Assembly: GCA_023136205.1 (NCBI GenBank)
Contig: JAGLRQ010000042.1
Span: forward strand, 1 to 32,000
Length of the DNA: 32,000 nt
From: Candidatus Auribacterota bacterium
GTDB lineage: Bacteria > Auribacterota > UBA6266
Reading direction: 5' to 3'
Shown: in pieces, positions 8,277 through 17,547 of the stretch
Position numbering within the stretch: position 1 is the stretch's first letter
Layout of the letters: every line of letters starts with the position of its first letter
The notes under the pieces: model-generated
Seen by the model: only the letters and a program-made list of their open reading frames with translations
Databases searched by the model: none
Told to the model about the DNA's origin: nothing
Program-made: the position numbers and the translations under genes

Positions 8277-10028
8277 ATGAAAATTAAAGTCGCGTATTTA
8301 TCAGGTTTTTGCATGGGGGTAAGAAGAGCCGTAAACATGGTTTATTCCCTGGCAAAAACTAACGCTGGAAAAAAAATATATACTTACGGCCCTCTGATTC
8401 ACAACCCCAAGGTACTTGAAAATCTTGATAAAAAAGGAATATCCAGCATCGGAGCTCCGGAAGAAGCAGACAAAAACAGTATTATAGTAATAAGGGCCCA
8501 CGGAGTACCGCCGCAGGTAGGGAAGGATTTAGCTGCCAGCGGCGCGGAAATATGTAATGCGACATGCCCTGATGTAATGAAGGTTCAAGGGCTTATCAAA
8601 AAATACGCGGGGAAAGATTACCTGGTGGTCATTGTAGGTGACAAGGGACACGCCGAAGTAACAGGGCTCATGGGTTTTTCTAACGGCAAAGGAATCGTAA
8701 TAAGCAGTGTTGAACAAATATCAAATATCCCCGCAGGAAAAAGCGGTATTGCCGTACTGGCTCAAACAACCCAGGACACTAAGCTATACAACGATATCAC
8801 AGCAAAAATCCTGGTAAAATTCCCGGATGCAAAAATATTCAATACTATCTGTAAATCTACATTAAAAAGGCAGAAGGAAACCACCAGGCTGGCAAAAGAG
8901 GTTAACGCTATGATTGTTCTCGGCGGAAAAAACAGCGCCAACACCCGGCGCCTCTTTCATATATGTAAAAACTTGTGCGCTGATACTTTTTATGTAGAAA
9001 AGGCCCGGGACCTGGATATGGATAAAATTCTAAAATATAAAAAAATCGGGATTACAGCCGGGGCTTCGACCCCTAACTGGCAGATAAAAGAACTCGTCAC
9101 TGCACTTAAAAAAAGTACTCATAAAAAACGTTTTAAAATCCTGGAAAAGATTGATGCTCTTATCTATTTTATTGTCAGGACAAACATTTTTATAGCCATA
9201 GGCGCCGGTGTTTTGTCCTATATGGCTACAAAATTTTTAAAACTTCAGAACCCTTCATTGCTGTACCCGATAATAGCGGGCTTATATGTGTTTTCCATGC
9301 ATACATTCAACAAGCTTTTTGATAAAACCCTTGGAGAACTTGAAGACTCGACAAGAATAGCTTTTTTTGATTCACATCATGAAGAGTTTAAAATACTATC
9401 AATAACCGCAATGGCATGCGCGATAATTGCTTCATTGCTGCTGGGGTTTCCGGCTTTCTTAATAACGCTCATTGCTTCGGTTGCCGGAATTTCTTACAGC
9501 ACAAAGTTTTTCCCAAAAAACTGGCCCATAAGAAGATTAAAGGACATACAGATGTCTAAAGATTTATTCGTCAGCCTGGCCTGGACATCGGTCACTGTAT
9601 TTCTCCCGCTTCTCGGATATAAGGGAGTATCTCCGCACCCGATACCGCTGTTTCTTATTATATTTACTTTCCTTTATATTTTCATGCTTGTTTTTATAAG
9701 ATGTTTAACTTACGACCTCCTGGAAATCCATGCCGACAGGATGGTTGGAAGAGAATCGCTGGTCGTGTGCAAAGGAAAATCATTTACAAAAAGGACTATG
9801 GTATATCTTACAACCATAACAGCTATAATGGTGTTCGCCGCGGCGGCCTATAATTTAATACCGGGTTTCGGGTACTTTCTGCCGCTGCTTTCTCTTTATT
9901 CACTGCTGTACCTGGCGCTTTATCACAAAAGGCATTTCTCGCAGGAAATTACGTTTGACCTGATGGTCGATGGAAAATTTATAATAGGCGGAATCATAAT
10001 CTATCTCTGGACATCATTTGCCGGATAA
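8277..10028 (+). CDS. ispH: 4-hydroxy-3-methylbut-2-enyl diphosphate reductase (IspH/LytB) fused to a C-terminal polytopic UbiA-like membrane domain
   Basis: The N-terminal ~285 aa carry IspH hallmarks (GFCMGVRRAV, IHNPKV, RAHGVPP, ATCPDV, GHAEV, AQTTQ, NTICKST, GGKNSANTRRL, GITAGASTP). The C-terminal ~295 aa have about 8 TM helices and the motif YDLLEIHADRMVGRESLVV, which aligns with the second Asp-rich motif of UbiA prenyltransferases. Confidence 0.85.
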   Translation: MKIKVAYLSGFCMGVRRAVNMVYSLAKTNAGKKIYTYGPLIHNPKVLENLDKKGISSIGAPEEADKNSIIVIRAHGVPPQVGKDLAASGAEICNATCPDVMKVQGLIKKYAGKDYLVVIVGDKGHAEVTGLMGFSNGKGIVISSVEQISNIPAGKSGIAVLAQTTQDTKLYNDITAKILVKFPDAKIFNTICKSTLKRQKETTRLAKEVNAMIVLGGKNSANTRRLFHICKNLCADTFYVEKARDLDMDKILKYKKIGITAGASTPNWQIKELVTALKKSTHKKRFKILEKIDALIYFIVRTNIFIAIGAGVLSYMATKFLKLQNPSLLYPIIAGLYVFSMHTFNKLFDKTLGELEDSTRIAFFDSHHEEFKILSITAMACAIIASLLLGFPAFLITLIASVAGISYSTKFFPKNWPIRRLKDIQMSKDLFVSLAWTSVTVFLPLLGYKGVSPHPIPLFLIIFTFLYIFMLVFIRCLTYDLLEIHADRMVGRESLVVCKGKSFTKRTMVYLTTITAIMVFAAAAYNLIPGFGYFLPLLSLYSLLYLALYHKRHFSQEITFDLMVDGKFIIGGIIIYLWTSFAG

Positions 10029-10071
10029 ACAGGCAAATTTATAAACAATAAACCCTATAAGAGGCGCGACA

Positions 10072-10440
10072 ATGATATGCCAAAAATGCGGATATGAAAA
10101 CAGCAGGGTAAACTTTTGCCCAAAGTGCAAAATCCAAATGTATCCTGCGGGGAGTACCATTCTCAAAAAAAAGAGAGGTACAGGATTTGTTGAATTTTTA
10201 AACATGGTTTTTAGATTTATATTTAACGTAATCCTTAGAATAGTTGAGTCAATAGCTTTCTCTTTTCTTTTCTACTGGTTTTTATACGGGCTGATATTCG
10301 GGCTTGGATTTATAGCTAAAAACGTCGAATCGGACCTTGCCGTTTATTTGGATATCGCGCGTATTCCGCAGATTGCCTTATATGGCTGTTATATTGTCAT
10401 AACCTTTATGACCTTTAAATACAGATGGCCAAAAACCTGA
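10072..10440 (+). CDS. Zinc-ribbon membrane protein, unknown function
   Basis: The N-terminus has CxxC-N11-CxxC (MICQKCGYENSRVNFCPKCK), followed by 2-3 hydrophobic helices. Confidence 0.55.
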   Translation: MICQKCGYENSRVNFCPKCKIQMYPAGSTILKKKRGTGFVEFLNMVFRFIFNVILRIVESIAFSFLFYWFLYGLIFGLGFIAKNVESDLAVYLDIARIPQIALYGCYIVITFMTFKYRWPKT

Positions 10441-10456
10441 TGAAAAGATTCTAAAG

Positions 10457-11932
10457 ATGAATCACGGGGAACTAATCATATCCGGGTTTCGCGGAACAGC
10501 ATTCAATAAAGAACTCGAAAAAAAAATACTTGTCGATAAGGCCGCAGGGCTTATCCTGTTCGCAAGAAACATCTCAACTTTAAAATCGCTAAAGAAACTT
10601 ACCACCTGCTGCCAGAGCGCAAGAAAATCAATTTCCAGATCACCGCTAATAATAGCAATTGACCATGAGGGAGGCAGGGTAAACAGGTTCGGCGGCCTTT
10701 TAACATCCATACCATCTTCTATGGCTATCGCATCAGCCGCATCTGAAGAGGAAACAAACAAACTCGGTAAACTCATGGCTTGCGAACTGCTTGCCTGCGG
10801 AATAAATCTTAACCTTGCTCCTGTTCTTGATATAAACGACGTTGAAGAAAATCCAGGAATCGGCATAAGATCCTTTGGCTCTAATGCGCGTACGGTTTCA
10901 AAATTCGCGAATAAACTCATCGAGGGAATGGCGAAAAATGGACTCCAGGCCTGCCCGAAACATTTCCCGGGGAAGGGAAGCGCAAGAAAAGATGCTCACT
11001 ATGTACTGCCTTACATCAATAAAACCTCGAAAAAACTTTTTAACCACGATATTGTTCCTTTTAAAAACACCATAAAAAAAGGCAGGGCAAAATGTGTAAT
11101 GGTATCACACGCAATTTATCCCGCGCTTGACAAAAACTTTCCCGCGAGCATGTCAAAAAAGATTATCGATAAAATACTTATAAAAAAATTGGGTTACACC
11201 GGGCTTATTATCACAGATGACATTGAAATGGGGGCAATCAAAAATAATTATGACCTGTCGTATTTTTCAACGCAGTCGCTAAAAGCAGGAGCAGACATAC
11301 TCCTTGTCTGCCACTCGAAAAACGCGTTTAAAAAGGCGAAAACAGGGATATCAAAATTACCTGACTCAATCATAGAAAAACGCATTGCCAAAATAACCGC
11401 GTGGAAAGAACAGCACCTGTGTTTTCAAAAACATCCTGTTAACAACAGGAACCTGACAGCCGCGGCAAGAACGGTATCCGAAAAAGCCATTGAAATAAAA
11501 ATTAACAGAAAAATTACAGCGAAAAAGAGATGTCTCTTGATAAGCTTTACCGGTGATGCTTCTGCGGTAGAATCTTATTCAAAAACCTGCATGGAAGAAA
11601 TATCCACCCTCTGTAGAAAATACATACCCGGCACAAAAAAAATATTTCTGCCTTTAAACCCATCTTCCTGCCGGTACAAGGAAATTTCTTTAAGCGTAAG
11701 AACTCCGATTATACTGTCAAACAACGCGCACCTCCATAAAAACCAGGAAAAAGCCATCCAGACAATACTTAAAAAAACAAAAGGCAATTGTTTTGCTTTT
11801 GCAATTTCAAACCCTTATGATAAAAAATATTTTAAAAAGTGCGCGGTATCCGGAGCAACATATTCTCCCGGCAGATATTCGCTTGAAAAGATTTTTAAAT
11901 TTTTAAAAGAACAGTTAAATGGATACAATTAA
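10457..11932 (+). CDS. nagZ: Beta-N-acetylhexosaminidase (glycoside hydrolase family 3, NagZ-like) with a ~150-aa C-terminal extension
   Basis: GH3 motifs are present: IDHEGGRVNRF, KHFPGKG and ITDDIEMGAI. Confidence 0.85.
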   Translation: MNHGELIISGFRGTAFNKELEKKILVDKAAGLILFARNISTLKSLKKLTTCCQSARKSISRSPLIIAIDHEGGRVNRFGGLLTSIPSSMAIASAASEEETNKLGKLMACELLACGINLNLAPVLDINDVEENPGIGIRSFGSNARTVSKFANKLIEGMAKNGLQACPKHFPGKGSARKDAHYVLPYINKTSKKLFNHDIVPFKNTIKKGRAKCVMVSHAIYPALDKNFPASMSKKIIDKILIKKLGYTGLIITDDIEMGAIKNNYDLSYFSTQSLKAGADILLVCHSKNAFKKAKTGISKLPDSIIEKRIAKITAWKEQHLCFQKHPVNNRNLTAAARTVSEKAIEIKINRKITAKKRCLLISFTGDASAVESYSKTCMEEISTLCRKYIPGTKKIFLPLNPSSCRYKEISLSVRTPIILSNNAHLHKNQEKAIQTILKKTKGNCFAFAISNPYDKKYFKKCAVSGATYSPGRYSLEKIFKFLKEQLNGYN

Positions 11933-11978
11933 ATTCAGTGTAAATCAGTTTTATTTTTATACTCAATACTAATTTGTT

Positions 11979-13289
11979 ATGAAAACTAATTTGTTTGCAA
12001 TAGAAAACCTTTATAAAAAAATAACTCTGTGCCTCTGTGCCTCTGCGGCCATTCTATGCCTTTTATCACAGGGATGTTCTAACATAGAAAAAAACGGCAC
12101 AACTATTGTCTACCACACGATAGAATCCCTGCCCGAGCAGATTGACGCGCTGAAACTGCTGGTTAAAGAATTCGAAAAGAAAAATCCTGATATCAAGGTC
12201 AGGATAGAAACTGCCCCTTCGGGGACAGCATCGGTTTTCCAAAAACTAAAAATCAGTATCGCGGGACAAAATCCCCCGGATGTTTTTTACATGGTGACAG
12301 ACAGACTGGATGAATATATCCAAAAAGGGGCCATCCTTGATATTTCTGATTATGTGAAAAATGATTTTCCCTCAATTGAAAATGTATACTTTCCACAGGC
12401 AGTCAAAAGCTGTTATAAAAACGGCAGGATTTACTGTTTCCCGTTCCATTTCAGCACCGATATACTATTTTACAATAAAGACCTGTTTGATTCGGCAGGT
12501 GTCGATTACCCAAAAGACAAATGGAACTGGAATGACCTTTTAAAAACCGCTGAAAAAACAAGGGTGCGGGATAACCGGAGAATAAAGGTTTTCGGGGTAC
12601 TTCAGCCAAGGCCGCTGATGATCATCCGCTCTTTTGGCGGCGAAGTCTTTAAAATCAATCCTCTGAGGTGCACTATTAACTCTGAGGAAACAAAACAGGC
12701 GCTTCGATTCTTAATAGACCTTAATAAAAAATACCAGGTCTCTCCCATAAATGCCGCTTTAAACCCCGGGGAAAGAAGCCAGGTTGAAATGGACATGTTT
12801 AAATCCGGAAAGGTCGCAATGTTTACAGGCAGGACTTATATGCTCATCGATTTTGCCGGCATTAAAGATTTTAACTGGGACATAGCGTTTATTCCGACAG
12901 GGAAAAAACATTACTCGCGGTTGGCGGTAGGCGGCAACTGTATATCATCCGTAACCGAAAATCCCGAAGCCGCCTGGAAATTTGTCAAATTCTATTCATC
13001 CGTTGAGGGCTCAAAAATAATGGGACAGAAACGCAATTGTGTTCCGGCTTGTATTGATATCGCGAAGTCTGATATTTTTCTTGCTCCGCCGCCGAAAAAC
13101 ATAGAAAAAGCAATTCTGCAGATTAAAACGTCTGAAATGGAAATTTACCCCGTGAAAGGATGGAGAGAGTTCCTGGAAAAAGAATTTATGCCCACAATCG
13201 ACAAAATCCTCCTCGGAAAAATATCCGTTGAAAAAGGAGTCTCTTCGCTGGAAAGAAAGGCAAAAAATCTTTTGTCGACTAAAAACTGA
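11979..13289 (+). CDS. ABC transporter extracellular solute-binding lipoprotein (sugar-type family 1)
   Basis: It has a lipobox (LLSQGC) and the typical family-1 SBP layout ([19 protein letters not shown]). No permease or ATPase gene is adjacent. Confidence 0.8.
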   Translation: MKTNLFAIENLYKKITLCLCASAAILCLLSQGCSNIEKNGTTIVYHTIESLPEQIDALKLLVKEFEKKNPDIKVRIETAPSGTASVFQKLKISIAGQNPPDVFYMVTDRLDEYIQKGAILDISDYVKNDFPSIENVYFPQAVKSCYKNGRIYCFPFHFSTDILFYNKDLFDSAGVDYPKDKWNWNDLLKTAEKTRVRDNRRIKVFGVLQPRPLMIIRSFGGEVFKINPLRCTINSEETKQALRFLIDLNKKYQVSPINAALNPGERSQVEMDMFKSGKVAMFTGRTYMLIDFAGIKDFNWDIAFIPTGKKHYSRLAVGGNCISSVTENPEAAWKFVKFYSSVEGSKIMGQKRNCVPACIDIAKSDIFLAPPPKNIEKAILQIKTSEMEIYPVKGWREFLEKEFMPTIDKILLGKISVEKGVSSLERKAKNLLSTKN

Positions 13290-13507
13290 CCCTGTCAGGG
13301 CTAATACGTTTTTAGCTTTTTAAAAACCTCTGTAGATTTATCTTGACTATTTATGGCAAAAGTTAATAATCCATATGAGTTGACATGTTGTTAGTTCATG
13401 CAATTTGTCGCCTAAAAAAAACAATAAAAAAAGATTGAATCCGCTTATCCATTGTGATAAGTTTGTGTCTAAGTAAATACAAAAGCAGTAATGGAGGATA
13501 ACAACTT

Positions 13508-13864
13508 ATGAAAAGAATTATTGTTACGCTTGTCATTTCGGTACTCTTTTTGAACATTTGTGCACCAGCAGCATTAGCTGAAAACGAATCTGTTCCTGGT
13601 AAAATGGCACGTAAACTTGGGCGTGGTGTATGCAACGTGGCTCTGGCCTGGGGCGAAATCCCCAAGAACATTGTGACCGCGTGTGAAGAGATCAATCCTT
13701 ATGCCGGATGGTTTATCGGCCTTATAAAAGGTGTTTTTATGACCATCGGAAGAACGCTTGCGGGAGCATGGGACATTGCGACTTTTCTTTTTCCGCTTCC
13801 AAGCGATTATGAACCGGTAATGGAACCGGAGTTCGTGTTTGAAAGTATGTCTTATTTAGAATAA
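13508..13864 (+). CDS. Small secreted protein, paralog 1 of 3 (resembles exosortase-associated family TIGR04073)
   Basis: A GGAGG Shine-Dalgarno and a signal peptide ending ALA-E are present. It shares the motifs KLGRGxxNxxxxWGEIPKN and GRTxxGxWDxxTFxFPxPSDYEPxxEPEF. Confidence 0.8.
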   Translation: MKRIIVTLVISVLFLNICAPAALAENESVPGKMARKLGRGVCNVALAWGEIPKNIVTACEEINPYAGWFIGLIKGVFMTIGRTLAGAWDIATFLFPLPSDYEPVMEPEFVFESMSYLE

Positions 13865-13890
13865 TAACCATAAACAAGGGGGAGTAACTG

Positions 13891-14217
13891 ATGAAAAAAG
13901 CGTTTATAACAATGCTGGTACTGGCTCTTTTTCTTGGTATGTCTATTCCGGCATCCGCTGAGCCAAGCACCAACAATGCCGGGAGAAAACTATGCCGCGG
14001 CATAGCAAATGTTGCCACGGGCTGGGTTGAAATCATACGCCAGCCTTATGAAGAATCCATAGCATCTAATCCGCTAAGAGGCCTCACCGTCGGCCTATTC
14101 AAGGGTCTTGTTATGGCAGTGGCAAGAACAGGTTCCGGAGCTTATGATATAGTAACATTTCCAGTACCTTTTCCTAACGACTATGATTCTTTAGTGCAAC
14201 CTGAATTTATACTTTAA
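13891..14217 (+). CDS. Small secreted protein, paralog 2 of 3 (TIGR04073-like)
   Basis: A GGGGGAG Shine-Dalgarno and a signal peptide ending ASA-E are present. It carries KLCRGIANVATGWVEI and ARTGSGAYDIVTFPVPFPNDYDSLVQPEF. Confidence 0.8.
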   Translation: MKKAFITMLVLALFLGMSIPASAEPSTNNAGRKLCRGIANVATGWVEIIRQPYEESIASNPLRGLTVGLFKGLVMAVARTGSGAYDIVTFPVPFPNDYDSLVQPEFIL

Positions 14218-14247
14218 CAGGCAGCACCCAGAAAGGAGGCAATCCTA

Positions 14248-14580
14248 ATGATTCAATGTTCAAAAGTAGCAATTGTGATTCTTGTAGTAACGGCTATTCT
14301 TAGTTCAACAACAACGGCATCGGCAGAATTATATCAAGACATAACTCACAAGCTTTTTAGGGGCATTGCCAATATCCTCACAGGTTGGATAGAAATTCCT
14401 AAAAACATGTATGATGATATGGTTGAGGTAAGCCCGTGGTACGGATGGCTTACCGGTCTTTTTAAAGGACTTGGGTACGGAATTGCTAGAACCGGTACCG
14501 GTGTGTGGGACACAGTAACGTTCCTTTTTCCGATTCCGTCAGACTATGAACCTGTTTGGGAACCGGAATTCGTGTTCTAA
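14248..14580 (+). CDS. Small secreted protein, paralog 3 of 3 (TIGR04073-like)
   Basis: An AGGAGG Shine-Dalgarno and a signal peptide ending ASA-E are present. It carries KLFRGIANILTGWIEIPKN and ARTGTGVWDTVTFLFPIPSDYEPVWEPEF. Confidence 0.8.
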   Translation: MIQCSKVAIVILVVTAILSSTTTASAELYQDITHKLFRGIANILTGWIEIPKNMYDDMVEVSPWYGWLTGLFKGLGYGIARTGTGVWDTVTFLFPIPSDYEPVWEPEFVF

Positions 14581-14610
14581 TAACTTTTGCTGTTTTATTA
14601 TAAAAAATAT

Positions 14611-14649
14611 AAAGGGATTCACGGATGTATGGTGAGTCCCTTTATTCGT
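14611..14649 (+). terminator. Intrinsic terminator after the three-paralog operon
   Basis: AAAGGGATTCAC (14611-14622) pairs with GTGAGTCCCTTT (14632-14643), giving 12 bp with one G-U pair and a 9-nt loop. A T-rich tail follows. Confidence 0.55.
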
Positions 14650-14672
14650 CAATAATGTAAAGGGAAAAAACA

Positions 14673-14897
14673 ATGGAAGAAAAAGTAAAAGATGTACTGA
14701 ATAATGAAATACGGCCCTATCTCCAATCGCATGGGGGGGACGTAGAATTTGTATCCGCGGACGAAGAGGGTAATGTAAGCGTAAAATTAAAAGGGGCATG
14801 CGCGGGTTGTCCCGGCGCCATGATGACATTAAAAAATCTTGTGGAACAGGCTTTAAAAGAAAAGCTTCCGGAAATAAAATCCGTGAAAGCTGTCTAA
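14673..14897 (+). CDS. NifU C-terminal-domain (Nfu-type) Fe-S cluster protein
   Basis: The 74-aa product has IRPYLQSHGGDVEFV and the CxxC motif GACAGCPGAMMTL, typical of the NifU C-terminal domain. Confidence 0.85.
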   Translation: MEEKVKDVLNNEIRPYLQSHGGDVEFVSADEEGNVSVKLKGACAGCPGAMMTLKNLVEQALKEKLPEIKSVKAV

Positions 14898-14898
14898 A

Positions 14899-16086
14899 AT
14901 GCAAAAAGAACACGAGCAAAAAGACAGATTTATCGATAAGTTTATAAGAAATATTGATAAAATCGACAGGATTGATGTTGAAAGGCAGTTTGTAAACCTC
15001 ACCCGGGAAAAAGGTTTCCTTGAATCAATTTTCAACAACCTGAATGAAGGTATTTCTGTGCTTGGAAACACCGGTTTGGTTATTTATCTTAATCCCGAAG
15101 CAAAAAGGGTACTTGGAATATTTTCTGAAGATTACAGAGGAAAACATTTCTCGGAAATAATAAAAGACGAAAACCTGGTATCATCAATACCGGTCATACC
15201 AAAAGATTTTCACAGGGTAATTGATAAAGAAGTAAAAGTAAATTTTCCCAGAAATATTTTGTTAAACACTACTATTATACCTTTTAAACAGGGTACATCT
15301 CAGTTAATGGTTATTGTTTTAAAGGATATAACCGCTAAAAAAACACACGAGCGGAATGAAGAACAGTCCAAGATCCTTGAAACTTTCTCTCAACTGGCAG
15401 CCGGTATGGCCCATGAAATAGGCAACCCCTTAGATTCTTTAAACATTCATCTGCAGTTAATATCCCGCGAGCTGAAAAAAGAGAACAAAAGAAAAACAAG
15501 CGTGGCCAATAATCTTGCTATCTGTCAGGATGAATTAAAAAGGCTTGACGAAATTGTAAACCGTTTTCTATCAGCCCTGAGGTCTTCAAAGAGAGAGCTG
15601 GAAGAAAAAAACCTGAACAAGATAATATTATATACAGTCAAGCTCATGCAGCCCGAATTTAACGCCAGGAAAATATCCCTTACTGTTAAGCTCAGCAACG
15701 CTCTGTCCGAAACTCTTCTGGATGAGGCGCAAATAAAACAGCTGATCATAAATATCCTGAAAAACTCTATTCAGGCCATTTATCATGAAAAGGGTAATAT
15801 TACTGTCTCAACCTCACAGGAGCCTTATTACATACTGATGGAAATAACCGATAACGGATGCGGAATATCCAAAAGCGTTAAAAATAAAATATTTGAACCG
15901 TATTATTCAACAAAAGAATCCGGCTCAGGGCTTGGCCTTCTTATCGCCTCAAGAATCGTTACAGAACACGGGGGGACAATTGAGCTTGAAAGTACTGAAG
16001 GCCTGGGAACAACGGTAAAAGTCAGAATACCAATAAGGATTAAGAAAATAAGGTTGCTGCCGGAGGGAAAGAGAAGAAGGCTTTAG
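14899..16086 (+). CDS. PAS-domain sensor histidine kinase (NtrB/AtoS-like, cytoplasmic)
   Basis: It starts 1 nt after the NifU stop. It has a PAS-like region (LNEGISVLGNTGLVIYLNPEA), the H-box AHEIGNPL and the HATPase boxes DNGCGIS and GSGLGL. There are no TM segments. Confidence 0.85.
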   Translation: MQKEHEQKDRFIDKFIRNIDKIDRIDVERQFVNLTREKGFLESIFNNLNEGISVLGNTGLVIYLNPEAKRVLGIFSEDYRGKHFSEIIKDENLVSSIPVIPKDFHRVIDKEVKVNFPRNILLNTTIIPFKQGTSQLMVIVLKDITAKKTHERNEEQSKILETFSQLAAGMAHEIGNPLDSLNIHLQLISRELKKENKRKTSVANNLAICQDELKRLDEIVNRFLSALRSSKRELEEKNLNKIILYTVKLMQPEFNARKISLTVKLSNALSETLLDEAQIKQLIINILKNSIQAIYHEKGNITVSTSQEPYYILMEITDNGCGISKSVKNKIFEPYYSTKESGSGLGLLIASRIVTEHGGTIELESTEGLGTTVKVRIPIRIKKIRLLPEGKRRRL

Positions 16087-16107
16087 GGTCAAGGGTGTAG
16101 GAAACAA

Positions 16108-17409
16108 ATGGATAAAAAAACTATATTGATTGTTGAAGATGAAGTAAATATCCGCAAGGGGCTTGCGGCAACTTTGTCAGATAATTATAGGGTTCTTTCC
16201 GCTGAAAACGGAGAGGAAGCCTATGAAATCTTCAAAAAGCAGCACCCTGACCTTGTCTTAACTGACATAAGAATGCCGAAGATGGGGGGATTGTCTCTCC
16301 TGGATAAAATTAAACTGGAAAATAAAAAAATTCCGGTAATTTTAATAACCGCCTATGGAACCATAGACAGCGCGGTCGATTCCATGAAAAGGGGAGCCGC
16401 TGATTATATAACAAAACCTGTTAACCTCGATAAACTTGAAGCCGTTATTAAAAAAGCACTAACCCATAAAAAAACTCCTTCGAAAACTAATCCGGAATCA
16501 TCAATAATCGGTACGTCACCATTAATGAAAACCCTGTACAGTCAGATAACTAAGGTTGCGCTTTCCAACGCTACAATTCTTATAACAGGAGAAAGCGGAA
16601 CAGGAAAAGAAGTCCTTGCGCGGGATATCCACGACTTAAGCATGCGGCCGGGAAAACTTGTTCCTGTACATTGTTCATCCCTCCCCGAAACACTTCTTGA
16701 AAGCGAACTTTTCGGATATGAGAAAGGCGCCTTCACGGGCGCGGCTTCAAGAAAACTGGGGCGCTTTGATATGGCGGCAAAAGGAACTCTTTTCTTAGAC
16801 GAAATAAGTGAAATATCTCCACTTATTCAGATAAAGCTGCTAAGGGTTCTTCACGATAAAACTTTTGAAATGGTAGGGGGAACAGAAACTCGTAAAGCTG
16901 ATATAAGAATCATAGCTGCAACAAATAAAAACCTTGAGCCGCTGATAAAGAGCGGTCAATTCAGGGAGGACCTTTATTACAGGCTTAATGTTATCCATTT
17001 TCATTTGCCGCCTTTAAGACAGAGAAAAACGGACATCCCATTATTTGTAAACCGTTTTATAGAAGAACTTGGAAAATCATCGGGTAAATTGATAGAAATC
17101 ATATCAGAAGACGCGTTAAAGATACTTGTGAATTATTCTTGGCCCGGGAATATCAGGCAGCTTAAAAATGTTCTCGAAAGGATGATTTTGCTTACGTCTT
17201 CAAGGATATTAGATATTAAAGACATACCGCAGGAAATTACGGCCGTGGAAGGCGTCGCTTCCAACGCTGGAACAACAATTAAAAATGCCGAAAAGGACCT
17301 GATTATAAAGGAGCTTGAGAATACAGGCGGCAATAAGACAGAAACCGCAAAACGCCTGGGAATAAGCCGTAAGACCTTATACAGGAAGATGGAAGAGTTC
17401 GGTTTGTAA
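16108..17409 (+). CDS. Sigma-54-dependent response regulator (NtrC-family bacterial enhancer-binding protein)
   Basis: It has a receiver domain (DLVLTDIRMP), an AAA+ domain with Walker A GESGTGKE, an intact sigma-54 contact loop GAFTGA, and a C-terminal Fis-type HTH (AKRLGISRKTLYRKM). Confidence 0.9.
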   Translation: MDKKTILIVEDEVNIRKGLAATLSDNYRVLSAENGEEAYEIFKKQHPDLVLTDIRMPKMGGLSLLDKIKLENKKIPVILITAYGTIDSAVDSMKRGAADYITKPVNLDKLEAVIKKALTHKKTPSKTNPESSIIGTSPLMKTLYSQITKVALSNATILITGESGTGKEVLARDIHDLSMRPGKLVPVHCSSLPETLLESELFGYEKGAFTGAASRKLGRFDMAAKGTLFLDEISEISPLIQIKLLRVLHDKTFEMVGGTETRKADIRIIAATNKNLEPLIKSGQFREDLYYRLNVIHFHLPPLRQRKTDIPLFVNRFIEELGKSSGKLIEIISEDALKILVNYSWPGNIRQLKNVLERMILLTSSRILDIKDIPQEITAVEGVASNAGTTIKNAEKDLIIKELENTGGNKTETAKRLGISRKTLYRKMEEFGL

Positions 17410-17476
17410 CCCTTTGATACACCCTCATTGTAGCCTTATGACACATAGAAAACTCATTTAAAGAATTAACTTATTC

Positions 17477-17492
17477 TTGCAACTACCTGCAA
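17477..17492. promoter_or_regulatory. Inverted repeat TTGCA-N6-TGCAA, candidate enhancer-binding-protein site
   Basis: This perfect 5-N6-5 inverted repeat lies ~45 bp upstream of the -24 element. A related TTGCAAT occurs at 17521. Confidence 0.3.
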
Positions 17493-17530
17493 AACAATGT
17501 GTTACAATAATATTATATAATTGCAATACT

Positions 17531-17547
17531 TTGGCACATATATTGCT
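17531..17547 (+). promoter_or_regulatory. Sigma-54 (-24/-12) promoter of dnaK-groES-groEL
   Basis: TTGGCACATATATTGCT matches TGGCAC-N5-TTGC exactly, with GG and GC separated by 10 nt. It lies 51 nt upstream of the dnaK ATG and 122 nt downstream of the activator gene. Confidence 0.75.

Noticed and set aside
13605-13620. Second sigma-54 promoter (TGGCAC-GTAAA-CTTGG)
   Set aside because: The -12 element is CTTG(G) rather than TTGC, and the site lies inside the coding sequence of paralog 1.
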